The notes under the pieces: generated by a model | The model's database searches: none | Seen by the model: only the letters and a program-made list of their open reading frames with translations | What the model was told of the DNA's origin: nothing | Program-made: the position numbers and the translations under genes | Shown: positions 10,840 through 19,382 of the stretch, in pieces | Numbering within the stretch: position 1 is the stretch's first letter | Layout of the letters: each line of letters opens with the position of its first letter | NCBI GenBank assembly: GCA_965261595.1 | Contig: CBDHDG010000004.1 | Location: 96,001-160,000 of the forward strand | Reading direction: 5' to 3' | Length of the DNA stretch: 64,000 nucleotides | From: a bacterium | Lineage (GTDB): Bacteria > UBA8248 > JACPRG01 > G963555815

Positions 10840-11330
10840 AAAATCTGTGGGCGCCCTGGCGGATGGCCTATGTCAAGGAGCATGATTTCGAGGACGGGTG
10901 TTTTTTGTGCCGCGATCTGGCCGATGGGTCCCAGGACACGGAAAACTACGTCCTCATCCGCTCGGCGCTCGCTTTCGTCATCATGAACGTCTTCCCGTAC
11001 AGCAACGGCCACTTGATGGTTTCACCCCGCCGTCACACAGGGGATTTCACGGGCCTGACCGAAGCGGAATCGGCGGAGCTCACCCGCCTCACCCAGCAGT
11101 GTATCCGGGTCCTGGATGAGACGCTGAAACCGCATGGTTACAACGTCGGGTTGAACCTGGGGGAGGCCGCGGGCGCGGGTGTCGCCGACCACCTGCACAT
11201 TCATGTCGTCCCGCGCTGGACGAACGACACGAACTTCATGCCGGTCCTCGCCGACGTGAAGCTGATTCCCGAGCATCTGACCGACACGTATCGGGTGTTG
11301 AGAGAGTCCTTCGAGAGGGCCGGGGAGTAG
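10836..11330 (+). CDS. HIT family hydrolase (Ap4A hydrolase/FHIT-like)
   Basis: LWAPWRMAY, CFLC, FPYSNGHLMV, HLHIHVVPRW; TTG start overlapping the ybeY stop. Confidence 0.9.
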   Translation: MKNLWAPWRMAYVKEHDFEDGCFLCRDLADGSQDTENYVLIRSALAFVIMNVFPYSNGHLMVSPRRHTGDFTGLTEAESAELTRLTQQCIRVLDETLKPHGYNVGLNLGEAAGAGVADHLHIHVVPRWTNDTNFMPVLADVKLIPEHLTDTYRVLRESFERAGE

Positions 11331-11332
11331 GC

Positions 11333-11692
11333 ATGGGCGCCTTGCGTTTCATCATCGCCCTGGCGTTTGTGGTCTTGCTGGTTACGTTCGGCATCAATAA
11401 CATGGAACCGGTTTCCGTGCGATTCTACGGCGTTCCGAGCCGGAGTTATCCGCTCTTCTTTCTCCTCCTGGGCGCTTTCTTATTGGGCGCCCTGGCGATC
11501 TGGCTGTTCAGCGTCTCGGAGAAGTTTCGCCTTCAGTGGCGGCTGCGCCGGGAACAATCCCAGCTTCGCTCGCTACAAGGCCGTGTGCGGGAGATGGAGG
11601 AGAGGAGCCTTGTCCCCGTGCCGGTGGAAGATGAAGATGTCCAAGAGCCTCGGGAAAACCTCCCGGCGGAAGTCCCCCCGGCCGTCCCTTGA
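11333..11692 (+). CDS. LapA/DUF1049 family membrane protein
   Basis: Two TM helices around FGINNMEPVSVRF followed by a coiled coil; RBS GGAG upstream. Confidence 0.7.
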   Translation: MGALRFIIALAFVVLLVTFGINNMEPVSVRFYGVPSRSYPLFFLLLGAFLLGALAIWLFSVSEKFRLQWRLRREQSQLRSLQGRVREMEERSLVPVPVEDEDVQEPRENLPAEVPPAVP

Positions 11693-11699
11693 TCCTGTT

Positions 11700-14405
11700 T
11701 TGGCCGATTCCTTCTCCCTTCCCGCGGGCGGAAAGACCGCTCCGCCGGCCCCTTCCCGGACGCGCCGCGAAGGCCCCGCCTTGACGCCGATGATGCGCCA
11801 GTATCGCTCCCTCAAAGGTGAGAATCCGGACGCCGTTTTGTTCTTCCGGATGGGGGACTTCTTCGAGATGTTCTACGAAGACGCGGAGCGGGCCGCGCCC
11901 GTCCTCGATCTCGCCCTGACGTCCCGGCACGACGACGCCCAGGGAAAGGTGCCGATGTGCGGATTTCCCCACCACGCCGTCGAGGGGTACGTAGCCCGGC
12001 TGGTCAAGGCGGGATTTCGCGTGGCCGTCTGCGAGCAGGTGGAAGACCCGAAAAAGGCCAAAGGCCTCGTCCGGCGTGAAGTGGTCCAGGTGGTTTCTCC
12101 CGGGACCGCGACGCAGCCGCAGGTCCTCGAGTCCAAGAGCGGAAACTTTCTTGCCGCCCTGTTCCGCGGCGACCGGGCCATCGGCCTCGCCTTTGCGGAC
12201 CTGTCCACGGGGGAGTTCCGGGCGCTTCAGCTGGAAGGCGAAGAGCGGCATGCCGCCCTGTCCGATGAATGGGCCGATCTGGACCCCAAGGAGGTTTTGT
12301 TGCCGGAAGGGGAGGCGGGCGGTCCCGATTCCCCCCCGCTGTTTCCGGATTCGCAGGAGGCCGGGAGCGCTTTAATCAGCGTGCGGCCTTCGTGGACCTT
12401 CGATCCGGAGGAAGGAGAGCGGGCCCTGCGGTCGGGATTCGGCCTCGGCTCCCTCGAGGGGCTGGGACTGAGCGACATGCCCCTGGGCGTCGGCGCGGCC
12501 GGGGCGCTCTATCACTACCTGCGCGAGACCCAGGGAGATCGGCTCGGACACTTACGGCCGCCGCGGGCCGAATTCCGCGGGGAAAGAATGCTCCTGGACG
12601 CCGCCACGCAGCGAAATCTGGAAATCCTGCGCTCCGGCCCCGAGGGGGAGCGGACCGGGACGCTCCTTGAGATCATGGACCGGACGATGACTCCGATGGG
12701 CGGCCGAAAGCTCAGGGACTGGCTCCTGCATCCGCTCATTCGAATCGAGGAGGTCCAAGCCCGCCTGGAAGCCGTTCGGGCGTTCAAGGAGACCGGCGTC
12801 GGCCTCGAAGCGCTGCGCGGCGCCCTTGAACGAATCGGAGACCTGGAAAGACTACTGGCGCGGCTTCACCTGGGGGCGGGCAACGCGCGCGACCTCCTCC
12901 ATTTGGGGCGGTCACTCGACGCGCTGCCGCTCGTCCGGGAGGCCCTGGCGGACCTCGAGGCGGAAATCATCCGGGATCACCTCGGGGATTGGGACGATCT
13001 CTCCGACGTGGGCGCGGGAATCGACGCCGCCATCGCCGAGGAGCCGCCTCTGTCCCTGCGGGAGGGTGGCCTTATCCGGCATGGGTTCCATCCCGGTCTC
13101 GACCGCCTGACGGAGTTGAGCAAGGGGGCGAAGTCCTGGCTTCGGTCTTATGAAAAACAAGAACGAGAACGGACGGGGATCAAGAATCTCAAGATCGTCT
13201 ACAACAGGGTCTTCGGCTATTGCATCGAAGTGAGCAAGCGCTCGGAGGCGGATGTCCCCGCCGATTACACCCGGCGGCAGACGCTGACGAATGCCGAGCG
13301 GTATGTCACGCCCGCGCTGAAGAAGACCGAGGAAGAAGTCCTTGAGGCCGAAGCCCGCTCCCGGGATTTGGAGTACGAGGTGTTCCAGGAGGTCCGCGGG
13401 GCGGTTCTGGCCGAAACGGAGAGGATTCAAAAGGCGGCGGAGCGGATCGCGGAGCTCGACGTCCTCTCCGGCTTCGCGGAGACGGCCATCCGGAACGACT
13501 ACGTCGAGCCGGAGGTGGATACATCCGGGGCCGTTGAGATTCGGGAGGGACGGCATCCGGTTCTCGAACGCTCGCCCGCGGCGGTCGAGGAGCGGTTCGT
13601 CCCGAACGATACGGACCTGAGCGCATCCGAGCGGCAGGTTCTGGTGGTGACCGGACCCAACATGGCGGGCAAATCCACCTACATCCGTCAAGTGGCGCTG
13701 ATCGTCCTTCTGGCCCAGGCGGGAAGCTTCGTTCCGGCCGCCTCCGCCCGTGTCGGCCTCGTCGACCGGATCTTTACGCGGGTCGGGGCGCACGACCGGC
13801 TGCAACGGGGGCAGAGCACGTTCATGGTGGAGATGGTGGAAACGGCCTACATCCTGCACCACGCCGGCCCCCGGAGTCTGGTCATCCTGGACGAGATCGG
13901 GCGCGGCACTTCGACCTTCGACGGGATCAGCATCGCTTGGGCGGTGGCCGAGCACCTTCACGGCGCCGGGGACAGCGGGCCGCGGACGTTGTTCGCCACC
14001 CATTATCACGAGCTGGCCGAGCTGACCAACCGGCTCCCCCGGATGAAGAACCTGACCATGCTGTCGCGGGAATACGAGGGGAGCGTGGTTTTTCTCCGTC
14101 AAGTGGTCGAGGGGGCTTCGGACCGAAGTTTCGGCATTCACGTGGCGCGCCTGGCGGGGTTTCCCGCGGAGACCTTGGAGCGGGCGGCCCAAATCCTTGC
14201 GACCTTCGAGGGCCGGGAAAAGGAGCGCGCGCCGAAGACGCCGCCGCCCGCGGACGCTCCTCAACTGGGCCTTTTTCGGCCGGAGGATTCCGACTGTTTG
14301 CAAACGCTGAAAGAGGCGGACCCGAATCAGATGACGCCCATCGAGGCGTTGAATTTTCTGCACCGGCTGAAGCGGAACGTCATGGGAGATGACGACCCCT
14401 CGTAA
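11700..14405 (+). CDS. mutS: DNA mismatch repair protein MutS
   Basis: TPMMRQY, FFRMGDFFEMF, GPNMAGKST, DEIGRGTST, FATHYHEL, SFGIHVARLAG. Start uncertain (TTG 11700, TTG 11781 or ATG 11790). Confidence 0.96.
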   Translation: MADSFSLPAGGKTAPPAPSRTRREGPALTPMMRQYRSLKGENPDAVLFFRMGDFFEMFYEDAERAAPVLDLALTSRHDDAQGKVPMCGFPHHAVEGYVARLVKAGFRVAVCEQVEDPKKAKGLVRREVVQVVSPGTATQPQVLESKSGNFLAALFRGDRAIGLAFADLSTGEFRALQLEGEERHAALSDEWADLDPKEVLLPEGEAGGPDSPPLFPDSQEAGSALISVRPSWTFDPEEGERALRSGFGLGSLEGLGLSDMPLGVGAAGALYHYLRETQGDRLGHLRPPRAEFRGERMLLDAATQRNLEILRSGPEGERTGTLLEIMDRTMTPMGGRKLRDWLLHPLIRIEEVQARLEAVRAFKETGVGLEALRGALERIGDLERLLARLHLGAGNARDLLHLGRSLDALPLVREALADLEAEIIRDHLGDWDDLSDVGAGIDAAIAEEPPLSLREGGLIRHGFHPGLDRLTELSKGAKSWLRSYEKQERERTGIKNLKIVYNRVFGYCIEVSKRSEADVPADYTRRQTLTNAERYVTPALKKTEEEVLEAEARSRDLEYEVFQEVRGAVLAETERIQKAAERIAELDVLSGFAETAIRNDYVEPEVDTSGAVEIREGRHPVLERSPAAVEERFVPNDTDLSASERQVLVVTGPNMAGKSTYIRQVALIVLLAQAGSFVPAASARVGLVDRIFTRVGAHDRLQRGQSTFMVEMVETAYILHHAGPRSLVILDEIGRGTSTFDGISIAWAVAEHLHGAGDSGPRTLFATHYHELAELTNRLPRMKNLTMLSREYEGSVVFLRQVVEGASDRSFGIHVARLAGFPAETLERAAQILATFEGREKERAPKTPPPADAPQLGLFRPEDSDCLQTLKEADPNQMTPIEALNFLHRLKRNVMGDDDPS

Positions 14406-14561
14406 TTTAGCCTTGCCCGCGGGGCCTGCATTCCCTAACATACCGTAAATCAAAGGTAAGGTGGTTTTAAATCCGGGAAGCCCCGGGCGTGTTTGTGAAA
14501 AGGTTTTTGTGAAGAGGAGGCCTTTCCGGTTTCCCGCGTAAAACGATTCACGAAAGATGGG

Positions 14562-14722
14562 TATTGGCCGGGCCGCCTTGCGGAATCTTGATCGCGCTTG
14601 AAAATTGACAGTAGAAGGACCGTCTTCTCGGGACCGCCTCCCGCTTGCGCTATTGGCCGGGCCGCCTTGCGGAATCTTGATCGCGCTTGAAAATTGACAG
14701 TAGAAGGACCGTCTTCTCGGGA
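14562..14722. repeat. Exact 72-bp direct repeat (14562-14633 and 14651-14722, 17-bp spacer)
   Basis: Both copies read TATTGGCCGGGCCGCCTTGCGGAATCTTGATCGCGCTTGAAAATTGACAGTAGAAGGACCGTCTTCTCGGGA. Confidence 0.95.
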
Positions 14723-14738
14723 ATGGCCGGGACGCTTC

Positions 14739-16964
14739 ATGCAAACAAAATCGACCGGAAAGAACGAACGCACGAAGACGAGGGTCCGGCGGATCATTCT
14801 GGGGATGGTGTGCGTTATCATCATGCTCGCCATCACCGGAATTTATTTCGAGTTTAATCCCACCCACCTGGTCGCCAACAACGTCATCGTTTACGCCCTG
14901 GTCAACGTCAACATCATTTTGTTGCTGGCGGTGATCCTCCTGGTGATGCGAAACCTCTTGAATCTTTACGCCGAGCGGCGTCAGGGGACTATCGGCGCCA
15001 AGTTCCGAAGCAAGTTGGTCACGGCCTTCGTGGGATTGGCGCTTGTGCCCTCCATTCTGCTCTTTGTCGTTGCCAACGGATTGATCAACCGGAGCATCGA
15101 GAGCTGGTTCAGCGCCCAGGTGGAAAGAACGCTGAGGGATTCCCAGGACGTGGTGCGGCGGATCACGGAGGAGACGGAAAGTCGATTGTCCACTTTGGCG
15201 ACGACCCTGGCCGGGAAGATTAATATCGCCGACTTCGCCCGCCCCGCCTCGCGGGCGGAATTGCAATCGGCCTTGGGGGTGATGCGGCGCGAGCATCAGA
15301 TCGACGGGCTGCAAATCATTTCCGCCGACCAAAAATCCTTCCTCAACGCCCGGAACAAGGACGCGCCGGCCGGCCTGCTTCTGATGGGCCTCGCGCCTGA
15401 GCGGATCGACAAGGTTTTGAGCGGAAAGAATGTGATCGAAAGGAAGCGCCTCGAATCGGGAAGGATCGTGCGTGCGGTCACTGCGCTGGAGGCCGGATCG
15501 GGGAAGAAACGGACGCTGGGCCTGTTGGTCCTGTCGCGTTTCATTCCTTTGAACCTGACGAAAAAGATGGAAAAGGTTGTGGGAACGTACCGCGAGTACA
15601 AGCAACTCGAGATGTTCGAGGACCCGCTCAAGCTGAGCTACCTCATCACGTTTTTGCTGATTACGCTGTTGATCATCTTCTCGGCCATCTGGTTCGGGTT
15701 CTATCTGGCCCGCGGGATCACCGAGCCCATCCAGGCCCTGGTGGAAGGCACCCGCTCGGTGGCCGAAGGCAATCTCAATACGCACGTGAAGCGGGGCGGC
15801 GACGACGAGATCGGCTATCTGGTGGACGCGTTCAACGCCATGACCTCCGATCTCAAGCGGGGAAAGGAATGGCTCGAGCGAAGCAACGACGAATTGGTAA
15901 GCCGGCGGGTGTACATGGAACGGGTCCTGGAGCGGATCGGGGCCGGCGTGGTGTCTCTGGACCGGCGCGGACGCGTGACCACCATCAACCGGTCGGCGGA
16001 GCGGGTGCTGGGCGTCAAGGGGGTGAACGCGCTGGGCTCTCACTACCGGCAGGTGTTCACGGCGCCGCTGATCGAGCCCGCCCGGGAGATCTTCCGTGAG
16101 ATTCTCCAGGCCGGCCGCGATCGCCTGGACGCCCAGCGGTCCGTCACAGTCAGCGGCCGGCTCCTGACGTTGCTGATCAGCGTCAGCGTTTTGACCGACC
16201 GCGACGGAAAAGAGCTGGGCATGGTTTTGGTGTTCGAAGACCTGACGGAGCTGCTCAAGGCGCAGAAGCTCGCCGCGTGGCGGGAAGTCGCACAGGGGAT
16301 CGCTCATGAAATCAAGAACCCCCTGACGCCCATTCAGCTTTCGACGCAGCGGCTGAGAAAAAAATATCAGGAATCCTCCCCGGACTTCGACGTGATTTTC
16401 CAGGAGTGCACGACAGTCATCATCAATCAGGTGAAGGGGCTCATGGAGTTGGTCAATGAATTTTCCCGGTTCGCCCGCATGCCCGAGCCCCAGCCCCGCT
16501 TCTGCAACCTGAACACCTTGATCCGGGAAACCGTGGCGTTGTACAAGGGACACCCGAAGGGGCTCGGGATCGAGACCGACTTCGATGAGCGGCTGGGGCA
16601 GGTCCATGTCGATGAAGAGCAGATGAAGCGCGTCTTCATCAATCTGATCGACAACGCGATTGACGCCGCGCGGCGGGGGGGGCATCTTGTCATCCGGACC
16701 TCGCGGGACGATTTTCAGGGAATGTTGAAGATCGAATTCAGTGACGACGGGTCGGGAATCTCGGCGGCGGACCGCAGCCAGTTGTTTCTGCCCTATTTCA
16801 CGACGAAGCGGCGCGGGACCGGCCTCGGTCTGGCTATCGTCCATCGGATCATCGCCGATCACGACGGCGCCATCGAGGTCCGGGAGAAATCGCCGCACGG
16901 GGCGACGTTCGAGATCCGACTTCCCTTGAATGGCGAGACCGCGCGGTCCCGGTTGGCGGTCTAG
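14739..16964 (+). CDS. ntrY: NtrY-type sensor histidine kinase (TM-periplasmic-HAMP-PAS-HisKA-HATPase)
   Basis: GAKFRSKLV...SIESWF N-terminus, HAMP (ITEPIQAL...DDEIGYLVDAFNAM), AWREVAQGIAHEIKNPLTPIQLS, NLIDNA, GTGLGL. Confidence 0.88.
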   Translation: MQTKSTGKNERTKTRVRRIILGMVCVIIMLAITGIYFEFNPTHLVANNVIVYALVNVNIILLLAVILLVMRNLLNLYAERRQGTIGAKFRSKLVTAFVGLALVPSILLFVVANGLINRSIESWFSAQVERTLRDSQDVVRRITEETESRLSTLATTLAGKINIADFARPASRAELQSALGVMRREHQIDGLQIISADQKSFLNARNKDAPAGLLLMGLAPERIDKVLSGKNVIERKRLESGRIVRAVTALEAGSGKKRTLGLLVLSRFIPLNLTKKMEKVVGTYREYKQLEMFEDPLKLSYLITFLLITLLIIFSAIWFGFYLARGITEPIQALVEGTRSVAEGNLNTHVKRGGDDEIGYLVDAFNAMTSDLKRGKEWLERSNDELVSRRVYMERVLERIGAGVVSLDRRGRVTTINRSAERVLGVKGVNALGSHYRQVFTAPLIEPAREIFREILQAGRDRLDAQRSVTVSGRLLTLLISVSVLTDRDGKELGMVLVFEDLTELLKAQKLAAWREVAQGIAHEIKNPLTPIQLSTQRLRKKYQESSPDFDVIFQECTTVIINQVKGLMELVNEFSRFARMPEPQPRFCNLNTLIRETVALYKGHPKGLGIETDFDERLGQVHVDEEQMKRVFINLIDNAIDAARRGGHLVIRTSRDDFQGMLKIEFSDDGSGISAADRSQLFLPYFTTKRRGTGLGLAIVHRIIADHDGAIEVREKSPHGATFEIRLPLNGETARSRLAV

Positions 16965-17189
16965 CCTCAGGGCTGAAACACCATGGGAGGCTTGGCGATT
17001 TCAGTCCTTGCGGCGAGGGCCGAGGGTCGGTTGACCCTGCGCCCGCCCTGGCTGAGGCCCAACCGGCTGGAGCGAAGGGGGGTTTCCTCCGCACGGTGAG
17101 GGTGTTGGATAATCGCGGATTTCTCCCTGCGGATCGCGTCGCGGGGTTTCTCAATTTCCGCTTCAAGGCTTGATTGAGGGAAGAGCGCA

Positions 17190-19382
17190 TTGAGTCGGGG
17201 TCATATCCTGATCGTAGACGACGAAGAGAGCATCCGGTTGTCCCTGGAGGGGATCCTCAAAGACGAGGGGTACACCATCTCTCAGGCGTCCGACGGGGAC
17301 GAGGCCCTGGCGCTTCTGGACCGGGTGGTCCCGGATGTGGTCCTTCTCGATGTCTGGCTTCCCGGGCTGAACGGCATTCAGGCCCTCCAGGCGGTGAGGA
17401 AGCGGCAGGCGGACCTGGAGGTCATCATGATGTCCGGTCATGCCAACATCGAAACCGCGGTCAAGGCGACAAAGCTGGGGGCGTTCGACTTCATTGAAAA
17501 ACCCTTGTCGCTGGACCAGGTGGTTCACACCGTCGAGCTGGCCTTGCGCCAGCATCGGCTGTTCCGGGAAAATTCGGGGATCCGGAGCCGCCTGGATCAG
17601 TCCTCGGAATTGATCGGCCGAAGCCGGGCCTTGTTCAAGCTTTGGCAGACGATAGAATCCTGCGCCTCCGGTGAAGGCGTTGTCTTGATTTACGGGGAGC
17701 CCGGGACCGGAAAGGAATTGGTCGCCCGATTGATTCAGGAGCGCAGGTCGGGCGTCGGCCAACCCTTCCTGCGTGTGGACTGCGGCGACGGGACTTCCGA
17801 TCCGCTGTCTCTCAAGCAGCGAACCTTCGGATCGGAAGGGCCTTCCGGCGAGGTCCAGGCCGGGGCGCTGGAAGCGGCCGGGGAGGGGGCGGTTTATCTT
17901 CATGGGGCGGAGAGGATGAATTCGGAGGTCGCCCTCTTGTTGGCCGAGGCGCTCGAATCCGGTGAATTTCGCCGCGAGGGCGGACGTCGTCCGCTTCCCA
18001 TGAAGGCCGGGATCATATTCTCCACAACCGCCGATCTTCAAATAACGCCCATCAAAGAATTATTCGATCGGGAAATCGGAGCCCTGATCTCCCACGAGCC
18101 CGTCCGCGTCCCGCCCCTGCGCGAGCGCTGGGAGGACATCCCGAGTCTCTGCGAGCACTTTCTATCGCAATATTGCAGCCATCACGGCCTGCGACGTCCG
18201 GTCATCGCCGAAGAGGCGATGGAAGCCATCGAGAAGCACGCCTGGCCGGACAACATCAAAGGGCTCATGAACACCATCGAATGGCTCATCGCCCAGGAGA
18301 CCGGAGAGGTTGTTGAAGTGGAGGACCTTCCCGGGGTGGTGCGGGGGATTACGGAAAAGGAGGCGGAAGACAGGCCGACGGTTCAGGTCCGGGAGCGGCG
18401 GAAAGGGGCCAAGGGCGCCCTGATCGAGCGTCTGAAGGAAAACAACGGAAACCTCCGCAAGACGGCTTCCGAATTGGGAATCTCCGAAGGCGATCTGCGC
18501 GCTGGAATCGACGATGACCGCCCGGGGGCCTCTTCGGGGCGGGCGGGCGCGGGCGTGGCCCAGCGGACCCTGGGAAAAAGCGTGTTGTTGAGCGGCCAGG
18601 GGCTCCATTCAGGACTGAAAACCGGCCTGATCCTCTCCCCCCTTCCGCCCGACAGCGGGATCCGGTTCGGAAGCATCACAACCGAGGAGACCGTTCCGGC
18701 CCATCTGGACAACGTGGTCTCCACGGACTTCGCCACCACCCTTCAGCGGGGAAACGTCAAGGTCCGGACCATCGAGCACCTCATGTCCACCCTGCACGCC
18801 TACGGTGTCCACAATCTCTTGATCAAGGTCGAGAACGAGATCCCCATCATGGACGGATCGGCGGTGGAATTCTGCCGGCTCATCGACGAGGCGGGCGTTA
18901 TCGAGCAGGAGGCGTCCCTCGATCCGTTGAAAATTCAATCGACCGTTGAAGTGGTTTCGGAACGCGCCGGACAGGAGCCCGCGGTGCTGAAGATCGAGCC
19001 TCACACGGAATTCATCATCGAATTCCAATTCCTCCTGCCGAAGCCCATCGGGATGCAGAAGTTCTCCTACACCCTGGACGGACCCGAATCCTTCCGGGAC
19101 GCCATCGCCCCGGCCCGGACGTTCGGCGAGATCAAAGAGGTTGAGCGGCAGGGCAAACGCGGGCTGATCGGGGGCGGAAGACTGGACAATGTGATTCTCC
19201 TGGACGCGGGAAGGGTGATCAACACGGAGCTCCGCTTTCCCGACGAGTTTGTCCGGCACAAAATCCTCGACGTTATCGGCGATCTCTACCTCCTGGGCCG
19301 GCCCCTGAGGGGGAAGGTGACCGCCCGGATGAGCGGTCACACCGAAAACATCAAACTTCTCCGCAAGATTCAGACCGCGTGA
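17190..19382 (+). CDS. lpxC: Fusion: NtrX-like response regulator (REC + degenerate sigma54-type AAA+ + Fis HTH) joined to UDP-3-O-acyl-GlcNAc deacetylase LpxC
   Basis: N-part: ILIVDDE, LLDVWLP, FIEKP, GEPGTGKE, VPPLRERWEDIP, WPDNIKGL, NNGNLRKTASELGIS. C-part from about 18560: QRTLGK..GQGLHSG, TIEHLMS, EIPIMDGSA, IAPARTFG, RHKILDVIGD, SGHTEN. One uninterrupted 730-aa frame. Confidence 0.9.
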   Translation: MSRGHILIVDDEESIRLSLEGILKDEGYTISQASDGDEALALLDRVVPDVVLLDVWLPGLNGIQALQAVRKRQADLEVIMMSGHANIETAVKATKLGAFDFIEKPLSLDQVVHTVELALRQHRLFRENSGIRSRLDQSSELIGRSRALFKLWQTIESCASGEGVVLIYGEPGTGKELVARLIQERRSGVGQPFLRVDCGDGTSDPLSLKQRTFGSEGPSGEVQAGALEAAGEGAVYLHGAERMNSEVALLLAEALESGEFRREGGRRPLPMKAGIIFSTTADLQITPIKELFDREIGALISHEPVRVPPLRERWEDIPSLCEHFLSQYCSHHGLRRPVIAEEAMEAIEKHAWPDNIKGLMNTIEWLIAQETGEVVEVEDLPGVVRGITEKEAEDRPTVQVRERRKGAKGALIERLKENNGNLRKTASELGISEGDLRAGIDDDRPGASSGRAGAGVAQRTLGKSVLLSGQGLHSGLKTGLILSPLPPDSGIRFGSITTEETVPAHLDNVVSTDFATTLQRGNVKVRTIEHLMSTLHAYGVHNLLIKVENEIPIMDGSAVEFCRLIDEAGVIEQEASLDPLKIQSTVEVVSERAGQEPAVLKIEPHTEFIIEFQFLLPKPIGMQKFSYTLDGPESFRDAIAPARTFGEIKEVERQGKRGLIGGGRLDNVILLDAGRVINTELRFPDEFVRHKILDVIGDLYLLGRPLRGKVTARMSGHTENIKLLRKIQTA

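Noticed and set aside
14562..14722. 72-bp repeat as a CRISPR array or sigma54 promoter
   Set aside because: Only two units, too long for CRISPR, no cas genes. The TGGC...TTGC spacing is GG-N12-GC rather than the required GG-N10-GC.
12912..16898. 1328-aa minus-strand ORF and other long antisense ORFs (8028-10706, 37035-38759, 58023-59729)
   Set aside because: Shadow ORFs opposite well-supported genes; expected in high-GC DNA and lacking recognisable motifs.
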